Below are positions 37,674-49,601 of a stretch of 64,000 nt of DNA, one piece after another. Under the pieces are notes generated by a model. It saw only the letters and a program-made list of their open reading frames with translations. It was not told where the DNA came from and ran no database searches. Within the stretch, counting starts at the first letter, position 1, and each line of letters begins with the position of its first letter. Location: the NCBI GenBank assembly GCA_963752475.1, contig CAVVYR010000029.1:96001-160000 (forward strand), in the 5' to 3' direction. This stretch comes from an uncultured Chloroflexia bacterium. Its GTDB lineage: Bacteria > Chloroflexota > Limnocylindria > Limnocylindrales > CSP1-4. The translations under genes and the position numbers were made by a program.

Positions 37674-38479
37674 TGGACATGCGGGAGGCGAGAGCGATGG
37701 TCAAGGCACTGCGAGCGACGGAAGCGAAGGCGCCCGAGGGGCTGGCCGATGACGTGCTGGCCGGCGTCGGACTGGTCGATTCGTGGACCGAGATCGAGGG
37801 GCCCATCGGGCCGCTGTTCGTGGCTTGGTCCGAGACGACCGGCATCACCGCCGCCGAGCGCTCGGGCGATCCTGACGGGTTCGAGACCGAATACGAGCTG
37901 CGCCACGGGCGGCCGGCTCGGCGCGTGCCAGAGATGCCCGAGGCGCTGCTCTCGCAGATCCACAAGCGCTTCGAGGGCGAGCGCACGAAGGGTCCCAGGG
38001 TCGACCTCGATACGCTCACCGAGTTCGAGAAGGCGGTCCTGCTCAAGACGATGGAGATCCCCTACGGCGAGGTCCGGCCGTACTCCTGGGTGGCGCGCGA
38101 GATCGGACGACCCAAGGCGGTGCGGGCCGTGGGCTCGGCCCTGGCGGGCAACCCCATCACCTTCGTCATCCCCTGCCATCGCGTGGTGCGAGCCGACGGT
38201 CACATCGGCAACTACGGCGCCGGTGGACCGGAGGCCAAGCGCGAGGTGCTCGAACTCGAGGGCATCGACGTCGGCGACCTTGAGCGATCGGCGGGCGCTG
38301 GTATGCGCTACACCGGCTCGGACAGCACGAACATCTACTGCTATCCCTCCTGCCGCCACGCGCGCCGTACCAGCGCCAGGCACGAAGTCCGGTTCCGCAG
38401 CGCGCAGGAAGCGCGGGATGCAGGCTATCGGCCATGCAAGGTATGCAAGCCGCTCGAGGGCACGCCCTTCGCGGCGTAG
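37673..38479 (+). CDS. ogt: Methylated-DNA-protein-cysteine methyltransferase (Ogt) with a C-terminal Ada Zn-binding domain
   Basis: IPYGE...Y..VA..IG.PKAVRAVG.AL..NP...IPCHRVV; C-terminal IYCYPSC...RF.S..EA..AGYRPCKVCKP. TGATG overlap with the sigma gene. Confidence 0.93.
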   Translation: MDMREARAMVKALRATEAKAPEGLADDVLAGVGLVDSWTEIEGPIGPLFVAWSETTGITAAERSGDPDGFETEYELRHGRPARRVPEMPEALLSQIHKRFEGERTKGPRVDLDTLTEFEKAVLLKTMEIPYGEVRPYSWVAREIGRPKAVRAVGSALAGNPITFVIPCHRVVRADGHIGNYGAGGPEAKREVLELEGIDVGDLERSAGAGMRYTGSDSTNIYCYPSCRHARRTSARHEVRFRSAQEARDAGYRPCKVCKPLEGTPFAA

Positions 38480-38488
38480 GCGCTGGCG

Positions 38489-39292
38489 CTAGCGGAGCGG
38501 GCGTCGAGCGGTCGCCGCCAGCAGCGGCCCGCGCACCTCGAAGTCCCCGGGCGAGAGAGAAGCGAGCCGACCGCCGAGCATGTCGCGTAGTCGAGCACGC
38601 TCGGCAGCGGACAGAGAGTCGATGCGCTCGTGGTCGTCGTAGTGCAGCTTGAACTCGAGATAGGAGTCGGCCGTCCAGGCGTAGGCGAGCTCGTCGCGAA
38701 CGACCTCGACCGATTCGAAGCCGGCCTGCGCCAGCTCGTCGCGGGCCTGCTCCAGGGTCACGTAGTCACCCGAGCGCGGCGAGCGGAAACCGTCGTCCTC
38801 CTCCTCGTCGATGTCTCCGAGCGCCTCGTGGTACACGGCGTCGGCCGGCAGCACGAGGTCTTGGGCCAACCAGGTCACGAAGCTGATGGAGCCGCCGGGC
38901 CGGAGCACGCGCCAGGCCTCGCCCAGGACCGCCGGCCGATCGGCCACGACCTGCAGCATGAAGGAGCTGACCACGGCCTCGACGCTGGCGTCTTGGAGCG
39001 GGACATCGGCGGCGTCAGCGGGCAACCACTCCACGCGCCCGTGCTCGCCGTCGGGGACGCGGGATCGCGCGAGCGCCAGCATCGCGCCGGAGGCATCGAG
39101 CGCCTTGACGCGCGTGGAGGGCCAGCGCCCAAGGGCCGACAGCGTCAGCGAGCCGGTGCCCGCCCCGAGGTCCAGCAGCGTGGCCGGCTCGGGTGCGATG
39201 CGGTCGAGCGTCCGACGCGCAGGACCCGCGAGGACCGGCTCCCAGTGATGGCGATAGCGGAGCGCGTCGCGATCGAGCGGCTGCTCGCTCAT
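38489..39292 (-). CDS. Class I SAM-dependent methyltransferase
   Basis: LDLGAGTG, LDAS..ML, ADA..vP, RVLRPGG. ATG 39292. Confidence 0.9.
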   Translation of the reverse strand: MSEQPLDRDALRYRHHWEPVLAGPARRTLDRIAPEPATLLDLGAGTGSLTLSALGRWPSTRVKALDASGAMLALARSRVPDGEHGRVEWLPADAADVPLQDASVEAVVSSFMLQVVADRPAVLGEAWRVLRPGGSISFVTWLAQDLVLPADAVYHEALGDIDEEEDDGFRSPRSGDYVTLEQARDELAQAGFESVEVVRDELAYAWTADSYLEFKLHYDDHERIDSLSAAERARLRDMLGGRLASLSPGDFEVRGPLLAATARRPLR

Positions 39293-39311
39293 CTGGTCCG
39301 GACCGCGCCGG

Positions 39312-40628
39312 TCAGGAGTCGAAGAGGTCGACGCGGTAGATGCTGCCCTCGAGGGAGACCACGTACAGCTCGCCCGGGTCGTCCTCGCCGAACGAGACGA
39401 TGCCGCGGGGCGCGTCCAGTAGCTGATGCGCCGGCACGTCGAGCCCTTCGCGGACAGCGTCGGCATCGATGCCCCAGATGAAGCCGCTGGCGACGTCGCT
39501 GAAGAGGTACAAGCCGGCAAGGTCCTGCAAGACCTTGCCGCGGTAGACGTAGCCGCCGGTCACGCCACGGTGCGGAGTGACCTTGTCGTAGTAGTACACC
39601 GGTGCGTCGTAGAGCGAGGGATCGCAGTCGGGCATGTTGTGGCAGGTGTCGGCGCCGACGACGTGGGACCAACCGAAGTTGAAGGCGTCGTTCTTGACCG
39701 TCTCGCCGGCAGGGATGCGATTGATCTCCTCGAAGCGATCCTGGCCTACGTCCCCGATCCACATGTCGCCGGTCTCGCGGTCGAAGCTGGCGCGACGTGG
39801 ATCGCGTAGGCCGTAGGCCCAGGTCTCGGGGGCGAAGCCCTTGCGTGCCTTGACCTTGCCGTTCTTGGCCTTCTTGACGTAGGGGTTGTCGAGCGGCTTG
39901 CCGTAGAGGCGGTCGTTGGTGTCGACATCGATGCGCAGGATCTTGCCCAGGCGTGTCGAGGGCGTCTGGCCCAGGCCGTCGGGATCGCCCGGTGCAGGGC
40001 CGCCGCCATCACCGGTGGCGATGTAGAGCTTGCCGTCCGGCCCGAAGCCGATCCAGCCGCCGTTGTTGTTGATGTACTCCTGCGAGATGTTCAGCAGCGT
40101 CTTGACCGGCTTGTTGCTGGCGGCCCACTTGCAGGGCGTGCCCTTGAACTCAGCCACGATGGAGTCGTTCTTGGCCGTCGTGTAGTGCACGAAGAAGCGG
40201 CCGTTCTTCTTGAACTTGGGGTGGAAGGCGATCGAGTGCAGACCCTGCTCGGGTCCGACGCCCTTGAGCCGACCCTCGAGGTTCAGGAAGGGCCGCAGGC
40301 GGGTGGTCTCATCGGCCTCGATGACCTTGACGCGGCCACCCCGCTCCACCACGTAGCGGCACCTCTGCTTGCCGATGCCGTCATCGGCGATGTAGACGGG
40401 GGCATCGAAGCCATCGGCGAAGAGGTCGAGCCGAAGGGTGACGCTGTCGGGATCGAACTCGGAAAACGGGGTCGGCTCCGGCGTTGGCTCGACCACCTCG
40501 GCCGGTTCGGTGTCCGGCGCGGCTTCGTCTTGCGCGAGGGCGGCAGCGGGGATCATGGCTGCGAATGCCAGGGCCACCGTCAGCGCGATGGCACCCAGTC
40601 CGGGCAAGCGGATATGGAACTGGGTCAT
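39312..40628 (-). CDS. Secreted GSDH (PQQ sugar dehydrogenase) family protein with a variant active site
   Basis: Signal peptide, EPTPEPTP linker, EQGL..IAFHP, NNNGG (His replaced by Asn), TGDGG, GLRDPRR, DVGQ..FEE. Confidence 0.9.
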   Translation of the reverse strand: MTQFHIRLPGLGAIALTVALAFAAMIPAAALAQDEAAPDTEPAEVVEPTPEPTPFSEFDPDSVTLRLDLFADGFDAPVYIADDGIGKQRCRYVVERGGRVKVIEADETTRLRPFLNLEGRLKGVGPEQGLHSIAFHPKFKKNGRFFVHYTTAKNDSIVAEFKGTPCKWAASNKPVKTLLNISQEYINNNGGWIGFGPDGKLYIATGDGGGPAPGDPDGLGQTPSTRLGKILRIDVDTNDRLYGKPLDNPYVKKAKNGKVKARKGFAPETWAYGLRDPRRASFDRETGDMWIGDVGQDRFEEINRIPAGETVKNDAFNFGWSHVVGADTCHNMPDCDPSLYDAPVYYYDKVTPHRGVTGGYVYRGKVLQDLAGLYLFSDVASGFIWGIDADAVREGLDVPAHQLLDAPRGIVSFGEDDPGELYVVSLEGSIYRVDLFDS

Positions 40629-42019
40629 GAGGCCTCCGTGACGACGTGAAGGATCCGGCCTTCCTGCCCGACGGCGTAGAGCTCGCCGCTCTGGTCGACG
40701 CCGAACGACACCAGCGTGCCATCTATCCGCGCGATCGGCACAGAGACCGCCTCACCCTCGACCATCGCCGCAGCCTCGGCGCCCCAGATCGCGCCGGTGC
40801 AGTAGTCCCCGAACACGTACACGCCCTCGAGGTCCGGCTGTGCCGAGCCGCGGTAGACGTGGCCCCCGATGACCGTGCACCCTTCGTCGCGCCCGTAGCT
40901 CAGCGCCGGCGCGGTGTGCACTTCGAGGTCGCAGCCATCGAGGTAGCACTCAGGCCCCTCGACCTGGTTCCAGCCGAACGACTGCCCGCCCTTGCCGTCC
41001 GGCACGACGCTGACCTCTTCGAAGCGACCCTGACCGACGTCGCCGATGTAGATGTGGCCGCCGACGGGGTCGACGCTGAAGCGCCACGGGTTGCGCAGGC
41101 CGAGCGCGTGGATCTCGGGTCGATGGGCCTCGCTGCCGGCGAAGCCGTTGTCGGCCGGGATGCCGTACGGCTGCTCCGCGGCGTCCACGTCGATGCGCAG
41201 CAGCTTGCCCAGCAAGGTGCCAGGGTCCTGCCCCGCACCGAGGGGATCGCCACCGCCACCGCCGTCGCCGGTGCCGATGAGCAGCATGCCCGCGGCGTCG
41301 AAGGCGAGGTGACCGCCGTTGTGGTTGGCGTACGGCTGCTCGATGACGAGCAGTTGCCGCTCGCTGTCGCGATCGGTGGCATCGCCGGTAGCGCTGAACT
41401 CGCTGACCACCGTGGCACCGTCGCCGATGCGCGAGTAGTTCACGAAGAAGCGTCCGTTGTCGGCGAAGGAGGGGTGGAAGGCCAGTCCCAGCAATCCCTG
41501 CTCGTACGACGTGACGATGGCGTCACGCAGGTCGAGGAAGGGCTGCTGTGCCCGCTCACCTGACGTCAGTGGCCAGATCCGCCCGGTCTGTTCCACGACG
41601 TAGAGCGTGTCGCTGCCGTCGCCCGCGTGGGTCACCAGGACCGGCTGGTCGAAGCCGGCGGCGACCTCCTCGAACTCCACGCGCAACCCCTCGAGGCTGG
41701 CGGCGGAGGCACTGGCGGTCGCGGCGAAGGCCACGAGCCCGACGATGATGACGAGGATGGCGCCGAAGACAGCGAGTCGGCCGACGGTGCGCTTGGCGGA
41801 GCGCTCGATGGGCTGGGCGGACGGACGAGGCGCCGGCATGGCCACGCGTCGGTCGAACTGCTCGGGATAGGCCACGGCATCGCGTGAGATGCGGTCGAGC
41901 ACGGCAGGGGCGACGTCTGGCGACCATTGCAGCTCACTGATGACGAGGGAGACGGCGACCGTGGCCAGCTGATCGTCGGGCAGGCCGGACATGGAGCCCG
42001 GGTGGCGTTCGACCGTCAT
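40625..42019 (-). CDS. Membrane-anchored GSDH family protein with an ~80-aa cytoplasmic N-terminal (anti-sigma-like) region
   Basis: N-terminal segment, basic residues then a TM helix (LAVFGAILVIIVGLVAF), then EQGLLGLAFHP, NHNGG, GLRNPWR. ATGA overlaps on both sides. Confidence 0.88.
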   Translation of the reverse strand: MTVERHPGSMSGLPDDQLATVAVSLVISELQWSPDVAPAVLDRISRDAVAYPEQFDRRVAMPAPRPSAQPIERSAKRTVGRLAVFGAILVIIVGLVAFAATASASAASLEGLRVEFEEVAAGFDQPVLVTHAGDGSDTLYVVEQTGRIWPLTSGERAQQPFLDLRDAIVTSYEQGLLGLAFHPSFADNGRFFVNYSRIGDGATVVSEFSATGDATDRDSERQLLVIEQPYANHNGGHLAFDAAGMLLIGTGDGGGGGDPLGAGQDPGTLLGKLLRIDVDAAEQPYGIPADNGFAGSEAHRPEIHALGLRNPWRFSVDPVGGHIYIGDVGQGRFEEVSVVPDGKGGQSFGWNQVEGPECYLDGCDLEVHTAPALSYGRDEGCTVIGGHVYRGSAQPDLEGVYVFGDYCTGAIWGAEAAAMVEGEAVSVPIARIDGTLVSFGVDQSGELYAVGQEGRILHVVTEAS

Positions 42020-42600
42020 GGGCCCACCGCCAGTCGGGTACGGAGCTGCTTGACCGCACCGTCGAGATGCTCATCGACGAGCCCCGACGAGATGGACAGG
42101 GCGTTCGCCGCCGCGTCGCGGTCGAGCCCGAAGAGGTAGCGCGCAGCGATGACCAGGCGGTCCTCCTCACCCAGGCGGTCGAAGGCCTCGGCCAGTGCCT
42201 GGCGCTCGAGGGGCGTCATCGGCGCAGAACCGGCCAGGCCAGGCACGGGTGTGGCAGCGAACTGCGGCATCTGCTGGCGCTCGACAGGTCTGTCGGAAGG
42301 GGTCGGACGGCCAGACTCGCGTCGTTGCTGGCGTGACTCACCCGCAGCGATGCGGATCAGCCATGGCAGCAGACCCAGCTCCCCTTCGTACGAAGGCAGC
42401 GCGCGATAGGCGCGGACGAACGTCGACGTCGTCGCGTTCTGCGCCAGATCGGAGTCACGCACGATCAGCCAGCACACGCGAAAGACGGGTTCCTGGTACC
42501 GGCGCACGAGGCGCTCCCAGGCATGGAGGTCACCGCGACGAGCGGCCTCGACCAGTGCGGCATCGGCAGGCTCGCCCGGAGCGAACGTCGTCCCGGTCAT
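42016..42600 (-). CDS. ECF sigma factor-like protein (divergent)
   Basis: DAALVEAARRGDL.AWE.LVRRYQ..VFR, F.RAYRAL, PWL.RIA; region 4 recognisable but degenerate. Confidence 0.85.
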   Translation of the reverse strand: MTGTTFAPGEPADAALVEAARRGDLHAWERLVRRYQEPVFRVCWLIVRDSDLAQNATTSTFVRAYRALPSYEGELGLLPWLIRIAAGESRQQRRESGRPTPSDRPVERQQMPQFAATPVPGLAGSAPMTPLERQALAEAFDRLGEEDRLVIAARYLFGLDRDAAANALSISSGLVDEHLDGAVKQLRTRLAVGP

Positions 42601-42680
42601 GTCCTGCCGATGGTAGCGGTAGCTACCGGGGTGGTGGCACCAGTCCGTTCGTACTGGGCCGGACGTTCCGAGCCAGTACG

Positions 42681-45383
<2,703 letters not shown>

Positions 45384-45509
45384 ATCGGCAGAATCGTAGG
45401 CGATGCAGCGGGTATCCGTGCGGGGCACCGTCGCGGACGATGGTATCGCCTCGTCGGCGCGCGAAGTCACGGTCACGGGCGAGTGCGCGCGGCGTATCCT
45501 GCGCACGAC

Positions 45510-46445
45510 ATGAGCACGACCGACCGCGCCGCCTCCGCGGCCTCCACCAAGACCAGCCCCTCCAGTGCAGGAGCCGCACCTGCCGCAGCCACCGCCAAGG
45601 CCATCCCGCTCAAGGGCGTAGCCCTCGGCATCGATGTCGGCGGCACCGGCACCAAGGCCGCCATGATCGACCTGGCCACGGCCGAGCTGGTGACGTCACG
45701 GATCCGGGAGAAGACGCCACAGCCGTCGGAGCCGGAGGCCGTCATCGAGGTCATCGGATCGATCGTCGGTCGCGTGCTCGAGGAGTACGGCCCGGTCAAG
45801 GACCTGCCTATCGGTTGCGGCCTGCCCGGCCCCATCAAGTACGGGCGCATGAAGATGGCGGCCAACCTCGACAAGGGCTGGGTCGACTTCGATGCCACCG
45901 GCGTGCTTACCGAGAAGCTGGGCTGGCCGGTCCACGTCATCAACGACGCCGACGCCGCGGGCATGGCCGAGCTGGCCTACGGCGAAGCCCGGGACCATGA
46001 CGGCACCACCATCCTGCTGACCATCGGTACCGGCATCGGCAGCGCCGTCATCAGCGAGAGCCGGCTCGTGCCCAACACCGAGCTGGGCCACCTGGAGCTG
46101 CACGACCAGGCCGCCGAGACCCTCATCAGCGGCGTCTCCCGCGAGCGGCGCGGGTTGAAGTGGAAGGCCTGGGCCAAGGAGTTCAACGAGTACCTGGCCA
46201 TGCTCGACTTCTACTTCTGGCCTGACCGGGTCATCCTCGGCGGCGGCGTGAGCAAGCGCTCGGCCAAGTACTGGGAGTACCTCGAGTCCGGCGCCGACCT
46301 GGTCAAGGCCGAGTACCTCAATACCTCCGGCATCATCGGCGCGGCCTACGCGGCCGGCCTCGCCGCCCACGAGGAAGCGGCAGCCAGGAAGCCTGCGCCG
46401 CGACGGCGCTCCACCCGCGGGACCACCGCCAAGAAGCGCGGCTAG
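45510..46445 (+). CDS. ppgK: Polyphosphate glucokinase-like ROK kinase
   Basis: GIDVGGTGTK, TPQP, AANLDK.W, NDADAAGMAE, T.GTGIGSA, PNTELGH, GGGVSK. The upstream part of the 800-aa ORF is antisense to aceE. Confidence 0.9.
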   Translation: MSTTDRAASAASTKTSPSSAGAAPAAATAKAIPLKGVALGIDVGGTGTKAAMIDLATAELVTSRIREKTPQPSEPEAVIEVIGSIVGRVLEEYGPVKDLPIGCGLPGPIKYGRMKMAANLDKGWVDFDATGVLTEKLGWPVHVINDADAAGMAELAYGEARDHDGTTILLTIGTGIGSAVISESRLVPNTELGHLELHDQAAETLISGVSRERRGLKWKAWAKEFNEYLAMLDFYFWPDRVILGGGVSKRSAKYWEYLESGADLVKAEYLNTSGIIGAAYAAGLAAHEEAAARKPAPRRRSTRGTTAKKRG

Positions 46446-46466
46446 GCCGGGCGCGGGATCGGCCGG

Positions 46467-47345
46467 ATGCAGATCCACCTGCTCGACGCCACGTACGAGC
46501 TCTTCCGCGCGCACTTCGGCCGTCCACCACGGAGCGGGGCCGATGGTGAGCCGGTGGGCGCCACGGTCGGTGTCGTCGAGTCGGTCCTCTCGTTGCTGCG
46601 CGAGGACGGCGTCACCCACATCGGTTGCGCCACCGACCACGTCATCTGGTCCTGGCGCAACGACCGCTACGACGGCTACAAGACCGACGAGGGCATGCCG
46701 CCCGAGTTGCTGACCCAGTTCCCTTTGGTCGAGGAGGCCCTGCGTGCGCTCGGCGTGGTCGTGTGGCCGATGGAGGAGTTCGAGGCCGATGACGGTCTGG
46801 CCGCCGCGGCCGCACGCTTCGCCGACCATCCCGATGTCGAGCGCGTGATCATCCTCTCGCCCGACAAGGACATGGCCCAGTGCGTGCGCGAGGACGGCCG
46901 GGTGGTGACGTTCAACCGGCGCGAGGGTCGCTTCTTCGATGCCGACGGCGTGGCCGAGAAGTTCGGCGTGCGCCCAGCGTCGATCCCCGACTACCTCGCG
47001 CTCGTGGGCGACGCTGCCGACGGCTTCCCCGGGATCCCTGGCTGGGGCGCGAAATCGACCGCGACGGTGCTCTCCCGCTACCCGCACCTCGAGGACATCC
47101 CCGACTCGGTCAGTGCCTGGGACCTGAAGGTGCGTGGCGCCGCGTCCCTGGCCAAGTCGCTGGCCGAGCATCGTGACGACGCCCTCCTCTTCCGCGAGCT
47201 GGCCACGCTGCGTACGGACGCACCCATCCCGCAGACCGATCCCGAGGAGCTGCGCTGGCGAGGTGTGGACCGTGCCGCCTTCGAGGCCATGGCGGGGAAG
47301 TTGCGCTCCGCTCGCCTGCTGGAGCGGGTCCCGACCCAGAACTAG
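46467..47345 (+). CDS. Stand-alone 5'-3' exonuclease/flap endonuclease
   Basis: LLD..YELFRA, YK, EADD, SPDKD, DYLALVGD.ADG.PGIPG.GAK. Confidence 0.93.
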   Translation: MQIHLLDATYELFRAHFGRPPRSGADGEPVGATVGVVESVLSLLREDGVTHIGCATDHVIWSWRNDRYDGYKTDEGMPPELLTQFPLVEEALRALGVVVWPMEEFEADDGLAAAAARFADHPDVERVIILSPDKDMAQCVREDGRVVTFNRREGRFFDADGVAEKFGVRPASIPDYLALVGDAADGFPGIPGWGAKSTATVLSRYPHLEDIPDSVSAWDLKVRGAASLAKSLAEHRDDALLFRELATLRTDAPIPQTDPEELRWRGVDRAAFEAMAGKLRSARLLERVPTQN

Positions 47346-47403
47346 AGAGGCGACTTCCGTCCAGCCTCGGCTACCCGCTCGCGGGCGAGCACCGCGCGTC
47401 GGC

Positions 47404-48192
47404 TCAGCCGTCGGCGAGCAGCTTCAGGATGGTGCCGTGGTGCTCGGGTGCGGCGGCCGCGATGCCGATGGACTTGCTGGGCATGCCGATGCCGAACCAG
47501 TCGTTGCCGAGGGCGGATGTGACCTTGACACCGCCCTCGAGCGCGATGACGCCGGCGGCGCAGATGTCCCACACCGAGAGCTTGGTCCACTGCACGTAGG
47601 CGTCGAAGCGACCATTGGCGCAGTAGGTCAGCGAGAGGGTCGCGCTCCCCATCGCGCGCGTGATGCGCACGCGGCGGCGGATCTCCCGGTACTGGCGCCC
47701 GAAGCCCTTGCTCGGTAGGCCCAGGCTCACGACCGCATCGCTCAGGCGCCGCCCGGGGTTGCGGATGGGCGTTCCGTTCAGGAACGCACCGCCCCCGCGG
47801 ACCGCGGTGAAGAGCTCATCACGCGTGGGATCGAGGACGACACCCAGCGTGGGCTCTCCATCGACGCAGAGGCTGATGCTGACCGCGAAGAAGGGGATGC
47901 CGTTGGCGTAGTTGACCGTGCCGTCGAGGGGATCGATGACCCACAGACGATCGGCGGTCTCGCCCGACGCACCGGACTCCTCGGCCAGGAAGGCGTCGCC
48001 GGGGAAGGCCTTTCCGATGGTCTCGAGGATGGCCTCCTCGCTCCGATGATCGGCGATCGTGACCACGTCCTTCTCGGACTTGAAGTCGACGCTCTCAAGG
48101 TTCTCGTAGAGGTCCATCTGGATCCGCGCTGCCTGACGCGCGGCCTCGACAGCGGTCTCCAGTTCTGTGGACAGGTCGTGGGCGGGCACCAC
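47404..48192 (-). CDS. Inositol monophosphatase family protein
   Basis: D.VT.AD, AEE, WVIDPLDGT.NY, WD..AG. Confidence 0.93.
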   Translation of the reverse strand: MVPAHDLSTELETAVEAARQAARIQMDLYENLESVDFKSEKDVVTIADHRSEEAILETIGKAFPGDAFLAEESGASGETADRLWVIDPLDGTVNYANGIPFFAVSISLCVDGEPTLGVVLDPTRDELFTAVRGGGAFLNGTPIRNPGRRLSDAVVSLGLPSKGFGRQYREIRRRVRITRAMGSATLSLTYCANGRFDAYVQWTKLSVWDICAAGVIALEGGVKVTSALGNDWFGIGMPSKSIGIAAAAPEHHGTILKLLADG

Positions 48193-48230
48193 TTGATGCT
48201 AGCGGGTCGGGCGATCTCCGACCGGGAGGA

Positions 48231-48749
48231 TCAGACGCAGTCGACCGTCAGCGACTCGAGGTCGTAGGCGGGGGCGACCTCCGGAGCGGTCAGGTCGCGC
48301 TCGAAGGTGACCGTGTCACCGCCGGACAGTCGCTCGGTGCGGAACGCGAGGTCCTCCGGACGCGGGACGCCGTCACGCGTGACACGGCAGTCGGCCACGC
48401 CCTCGTCCTCACCCTCGTTGGTGACGGTGAAGACCAGTGATACCGAGCCGTCCGGGCCGCCGGTCGCGCTCGTCACCGACGACGCGTACGGGCCGGTGGT
48501 GGTCACGGCCAGGCCGGCGATGACGAAGAAGCCGATGACGCCGATGACGATGCCGATGAAGATCGTGGCGTGCATCTGGGTGGAGCTGGGCCCTGCCAGT
48601 CTGCCCTTGTTGTGCTCGTCGCAGAGGCCGACACCAGCGGGCGTCTCCTTTCCGCAACGGAAGCAATGGTCGACCGGCTGTGCGTCCGGCTTGGGTGCAA
48701 GGAAGCCGCTATCGCCCGGGGCTTCGGTCGGGGTCGCAGACCCAGTCAT
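48231..48749 (-). CDS. Hypothetical single-pass membrane protein with an N-terminal Zn-ribbon-like motif
   Basis: CFRCG...LCDEH, a TM helix, then a beta-rich domain with two Cys. ATG lies 7 nt after TAGATT. Confidence 0.75.
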   Translation of the reverse strand: MTGSATPTEAPGDSGFLAPKPDAQPVDHCFRCGKETPAGVGLCDEHNKGRLAGPSSTQMHATIFIGIVIGVIGFFVIAGLAVTTTGPYASSVTSATGGPDGSVSLVFTVTNEGEDEGVADCRVTRDGVPRPEDLAFRTERLSGGDTVTFERDLTAPEVAPAYDLESLTVDCV

Positions 48750-48794
48750 CAAGATGAATCTAGCGCGGACCGGCAGAAATCGTCAGCGGCGTGC

Positions 48795-49601
48795 TCATAC
48801 AAGGCTGAAGATCCGGTCCAGCTCGTCGGGTCCCACGTCATGGATGATGAGCTCGCTGGCACCGCGATGCTGCCAGCGCGCAGCCAGGTCGGCGAGCGGT
48901 TCGTCGACCTCTGCCTGCTCGATGCCGACGATGACACCCACGCTCACCGGCGCACGGCCTACCCTGGCCAGCTCCTCGTCGAACACCGGTCGTAGCTCTG
49001 CGTAGCCCTCGGCAAAGCACGTCCAGGCATCACCGGACCGGGCCGCCAAGCGAGCCCCCGCCGGCCGCATGCCCGCGACCGTGATGCGTGGCAGCGGGTC
49101 GGGTACCGGGAACGAGCGGGCCCCGCGCAACTCGTAGTAGCGACCGTCATGGTCGGCCGGGCCGCCAGCGAAGAGCGCCCGCAGGACAACCAGCGACTCC
49201 TCCAGGCGTTCGGCGCGTTCCCCGGCGGGCGGGAAGTCCATGCCGTAGTTCTCGTGCTCGACGGGATGGCCGCCGATGCCGATGCCCAGCTCGACGCGTC
49301 CCGGCGCGAACTCCGCGAGCGTGCCCACGATGTTGGCCAGCACAGCCGGGTGCCGGTTGACGTTGTTGACCACGAACGAGCCGACGCCGATGGACTCGGT
49401 CGAGACTGCCGCGGCGGTCAGCGTGGTGAAGCACTCCAGCAGCGGGTCGTCGAGCTCGCCACGGCTGATGAAGTGGTCCCAGATCCAGACCGTGCTGAAG
49501 CCGGCGGCCTCCGCCCGGCGTGCAGCCTCGATCCACCAGGCACCGGTGACCCCGATGGCCGTCGGGTTGAGCCCGACCGGGATGGCCAGGGGTGCGGCCA
49601 T
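48795..49601 (-). CDS. LLM-class (luciferase-like) oxidoreductase, probably F420-dependent
   Basis: AE.AGF..VWIWDHF, RHPAVLA, GR.ELGIG.G. Confidence 0.9.
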   Translation of the reverse strand: MAAPLAIPVGLNPTAIGVTGAWWIEAARRAEAAGFSTVWIWDHFISRGELDDPLLECFTTLTAAAVSTESIGVGSFVVNNVNRHPAVLANIVGTLAEFAPGRVELGIGIGGHPVEHENYGMDFPPAGERAERLEESLVVLRALFAGGPADHDGRYYELRGARSFPVPDPLPRITVAGMRPAGARLAARSGDAWTCFAEGYAELRPVFDEELARVGRAPVSVGVIVGIEQAEVDEPLADLAARWQHRGASELIIHDVGPDELDRIFSLV

